8,887 bases of DNA from the IMG/VR virus record IMGVR_UViG_2671180695_000003; one strand, given 5' to 3'. Made by a program: the position numbers and the translations under genes. The DNA comes from a virus (taxonomy: Duplodnaviria > Heunggongvirae > Uroviricota > Caudoviricetes). The notes under the pieces are model-generated. The model made no database searches. It saw nothing but the letters and a program-made list of their open reading frames with translations, and had not been told where the DNA came from. Positions 6,974-8,887 of this stretch are shown here, in pieces; position 1 is the first letter of the stretch, and each line of letters begins with the position of its first letter.

Positions 6974-7671
6974 TGCAGGATATCCGGCAGGAAACACTGA
7001 ATGAATGCACCCGTGCGGAGCAGTCGGCCAGCGTGGTGCTCTGGGAAATCGACCTGACAGAGGTCGGTGGAGAACGTTATTTTTTCTGTAATCAGCAGAA
7101 CGAAAAAGGTGAGCCGGTCACCTGGCAGGGGCGACAGTATCAGCCGTATCCCATTCAGGGGAGTGGTTTTGAACTGAATGGCAAAGGCACCAGTACGCGC
7201 CCCACGCTGGCAGTCTCTAACCTGTACGGCATGGTCACCGGGATGGCGGAAGATCTGCAGAGTCTGGTCGGCGGAACGGTGGTCCGGCGTAAGGTTTATG
7301 CCCGTTTTCTGGATGCAGTGAACTTCGTCAACGGAAACAGCGACGCCGATCCGGAGCAGGAGGTGATCAGCCGCTGGCGCATCGAGCAGTGCAGCGAACT
7401 GAGCGCGGTGAGTGCCTCCTTTGTACTGTCCACGCCGACTGAAACGGATGGCGCTGTTTTTCCGGGTCGTATCATGCTGGCCAACACCTGCACCTGGACC
7501 TATCGCGGCGATGAGTGCGGTTATCACGGTCCGGCTGTCGCGGATGAATATGACCAGCCGACGTCCGATATCACGAAGGATAAATGCAGCAAATGCCTGA
7601 GTGGCTGTAAGTTCCGCAATAATGTCGGCAACTTTGGCGGCTTCCTTTCCATTAACAAACTTTCGCAGTAA
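6973..7671 (+). CDS. L: Minor tail / tail tip protein, lambda gpL-like (232 aa), with C-terminal cysteines that are candidate iron-sulfur cluster ligands
   Basis: TGATG overlap with the M stop (6971-6975). The translation MQDIRQETLNECTRAEQSASVVLWEIDLTEVGGERYFFCNQ... matches recalled lambda L, with the same length. C-terminal Cys at residues 173, 182, 205, 208 and 212 (codons at 7489-7491 ... 7606-7608). Confidence 0.92.
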   Translation: MQDIRQETLNECTRAEQSASVVLWEIDLTEVGGERYFFCNQQNEKGEPVTWQGRQYQPYPIQGSGFELNGKGTSTRPTLAVSNLYGMVTGMAEDLQSLVGGTVVRRKVYARFLDAVNFVNGNSDADPEQEVISRWRIEQCSELSAVSASFVLSTPTETDGAVFPGRIMLANTCTWTYRGDECGYHGPAVADEYDQPTSDITKDKCSKCLSGCKFRNNVGNFGGFLSINKLSQ

Positions 7672-7676
7672 ATCCC

Positions 7677-8420
7677 ATGACAGAGACAGAATCAGCGATT
7701 CTGGCGCACGCCCGGCGATGTGCGCCAGCGGAGTCGTGCGGCTTCGTGGTGAGAACGCCGGAAGGGGAAAGATATTTTCCCTGTGTGAATATCTCCGGTG
7801 AGCCGGAGGCGTATTTCCGTATGGCTCCGGAGGACTGGCTGCAGGCAGAGATGCAGGGTGAGATTGTGGCGCTGGTCCACAGTCACCCCGGTGGTCTGCC
7901 CTGGCTGAGTGAGGCCGACCGGCGGCTGCAGGTGCAGAGTGATTTGCCGTGGTGGCTGGTCTGCCGGGGGGCGATTCACAAGTTCCGCTGTGTGCCGCAT
8001 CTCACCGGGCGGCGCTTTGAGCACGGGGTGACGGACTGTTACACGCTGTTCCGGGATGCTTATCATCTGGCGGGGATTGAGATGCCGGATTTTCATCGCG
8101 AGGATGACTGGTGGCGTCACGGTCAGAATCTCTATCTGGATAATCTGGAGGCCACAGGGCTGTATCAGGTGCCGTTGTCATCAGCACAACCGGGCGATGT
8201 GCTGCTGTGCTGTTTTGGTTCATCGGTGCCGAATCATGCCGCCATTTACTGTGGTGATGGCGAGCTGCTGCACCATATTCCTGAACAACTGAGCAAACGA
8301 GAGAGGTATACCGACAAATGGCAGCGACGCACACACTCCCTCTGGCGTCACCGGGCATGGCGCGCATCTGCCTTTACGGGGATTTACAACGATTTGGCCG
8401 CCGCATCGACCTTCGTGTGA
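7677..8420 (+). CDS. K: Tail tip assembly protein, lambda gpK-like (247-aa long form): N-terminal JAB/MPN (JAMM) metallopeptidase-like domain plus C-terminal NlpC/P60 cysteine peptidase-like domain
   Basis: ATG at 7677 lies 6 nt after the L stop. The JAMM signature is read directly: H68-S-H70-x7-S78-x2-D81 (HSHPGGLPWLSEAD, coords 7878-7919), with upstream acidic residues. NlpC/P60-like Cys121 (TGT 8037-8039, in GVTDCYTLF) and downstream His187/His199 (NHAAIYCGDGELLHH). The translation closely matches recalled lambda K. Confidence 0.9.
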   Translation: MTETESAILAHARRCAPAESCGFVVRTPEGERYFPCVNISGEPEAYFRMAPEDWLQAEMQGEIVALVHSHPGGLPWLSEADRRLQVQSDLPWWLVCRGAIHKFRCVPHLTGRRFEHGVTDCYTLFRDAYHLAGIEMPDFHREDDWWRHGQNLYLDNLEATGLYQVPLSSAQPGDVLLCCFGSSVPNHAAIYCGDGELLHHIPEQLSKRERYTDKWQRRTHSLWRHRAWRASAFTGIYNDLAAASTFV

Positions 8421-8887
8421 AAACGGGGGCTGAAGCCATTCGGGCGCTGGCCACACAGCTCCCGGCGTTTCGTCAGAAACTGAGCGACGGCTGGTATCAG
8501 GTACGGATTGCCGGGCGGGACGTCAGCACGTCCGGGTTAACGGCGCAGTTACATGAGACTCTGCCTGATGGCGCTGTGATTCATATTGTTCCCAGAGTCG
8601 CCGGGGCCAAGTCAGGTGGCGTATTCCAGATTGTCCTGGGAGCAGCCGCCATTGCCGGATCATTCTTTACTGCCGGAGCCACCCTTGCAGCGTGGGGGGC
8701 AGCCATTGGGGCCGGTGGTATGACCGGCATCCTGTTTTCTCTCGGTGCCAGTATGGTGCTCGGTGGTGTGGCCCAGATGCTGGCACCGAAAGCCAGAACT
8801 CCCCGTATACAGACAACGGATAACGGTAAGCAGAACACCTATTTCTCCTCACTGGATAACATGGTTGCCCAGGGCAATGTTCTGCCT
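8318..8887 (+). CDS. I: Tail assembly protein, lambda gpI-like; 3'-truncated by the window edge (first 190 codons): N-terminal ubiquitin-like beta-grasp region followed by a glycine-rich hydrophobic segment
   Basis: This ORF is absent from the supplied track because it has no stop in the window. I translated it myself from the ATG at 8318 (frame +1 relative to K, inside K codons AAA-TGG), with GAGAGG 12 nt upstream. The translation MAATHTLPLASPGMARICLYGDLQRFGRRIDLRVKTGAEAIRALATQLPAFRQKLSDGWYQVRIAGRDVSTSGLTAQLHETLPDGAVIHIVPRVAGAKSGGVFQIVLGAAAIAGSFFTAGATLAAWGAAIGAGGMTGILFSLGASMVLGGVAQMLAPKARTPRIQTTDNGKQNTYFSSLDNMVAQGNVLP matches recalled lambda I. It overlaps K by 103 nt. Confidence 0.88.
   Translation, partial: MAATHTLPLASPGMARICLYGDLQRFGRRIDLRVKTGAEAIRALATQLPAFRQKLSDGWYQVRIAGRDVSTSGLTAQLHETLPDGAVIHIVPRVAGAKSGGVFQIVLGAAAIAGSFFTAGATLAAWGAAIGAGGMTGILFSLGASMVLGGVAQMLAPKARTPRIQTTDNGKQNTYFSSLDNMVAQGNVLP

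Noticed and set aside
7821-8420. Short 199-aa form of K starting at the internal Met (~7821), as in the traditional lambda annotation.
   Set aside because: It would truncate the JAB/MPN domain and leave ~145 nt of open, apparently conserved coding sequence unassigned after L. The 7677 start is favoured but not proven.
1-8887. Possibility that the window hides a novel accessory or defence system (moron, toxin-antitoxin, anti-phage island).
   Set aside because: Every + strand interval is accounted for by a lambda-order morphogenesis gene, with intergenic gaps of 20 nt or less apart from the 41-nt E-FI spacer that holds the hairpin. There is no compositional break, no divergently oriented gene and no unexplained ORF with an SD.
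1-8887. tRNA genes, CRISPR repeats, IS elements or attachment-site repeats.
   Set aside because: I found no cloverleaf-compatible segments outside coding sequence, no regularly spaced repeats, and no terminal inverted repeats or transposase-like ORFs. The only notable repeat is the 13-bp in-frame direct repeat inside H, which is reported as a finding.

Overview
This window is a contiguous, co-directional (+ strand) block of the late morphogenesis operon of a lambda-like (lambdoid) siphovirus or prophage, most likely from an enterobacterial host. I recognise the gene order as the 3' end of major capsid gene E, then FI, FII, Z, U, V, G/GT (with the conserved -1 frameshift heptamer), tape measure H, M, L, K, and the 5' 190 codons of I. 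The identification rests on the supplied translations matching my recall of phage lambda proteins, on conserved motifs I can read directly, and on the lambda-typical tight packing (ATGA and TGATG start/stop overlaps, a 103-nt K/I overlap). No BLAST or HMM search was possible, so identity levels are not quantified. Coding density is near 100% on the + strand: I see no room for an inserted cargo gene, no tRNA, CRISPR array or IS element, and all minus-strand ORFs look like antisense artefacts. I therefore do not find an undescribed system here. The points most worth a second look are the K/I pair (JAMM/MPN + NlpC/P60 peptidase next to a ubiquitin-like protein), the G-T frameshift site, a UUCG-tetraloop hairpin between E and FI, an in-frame direct repeat inside H, and the K start codon.
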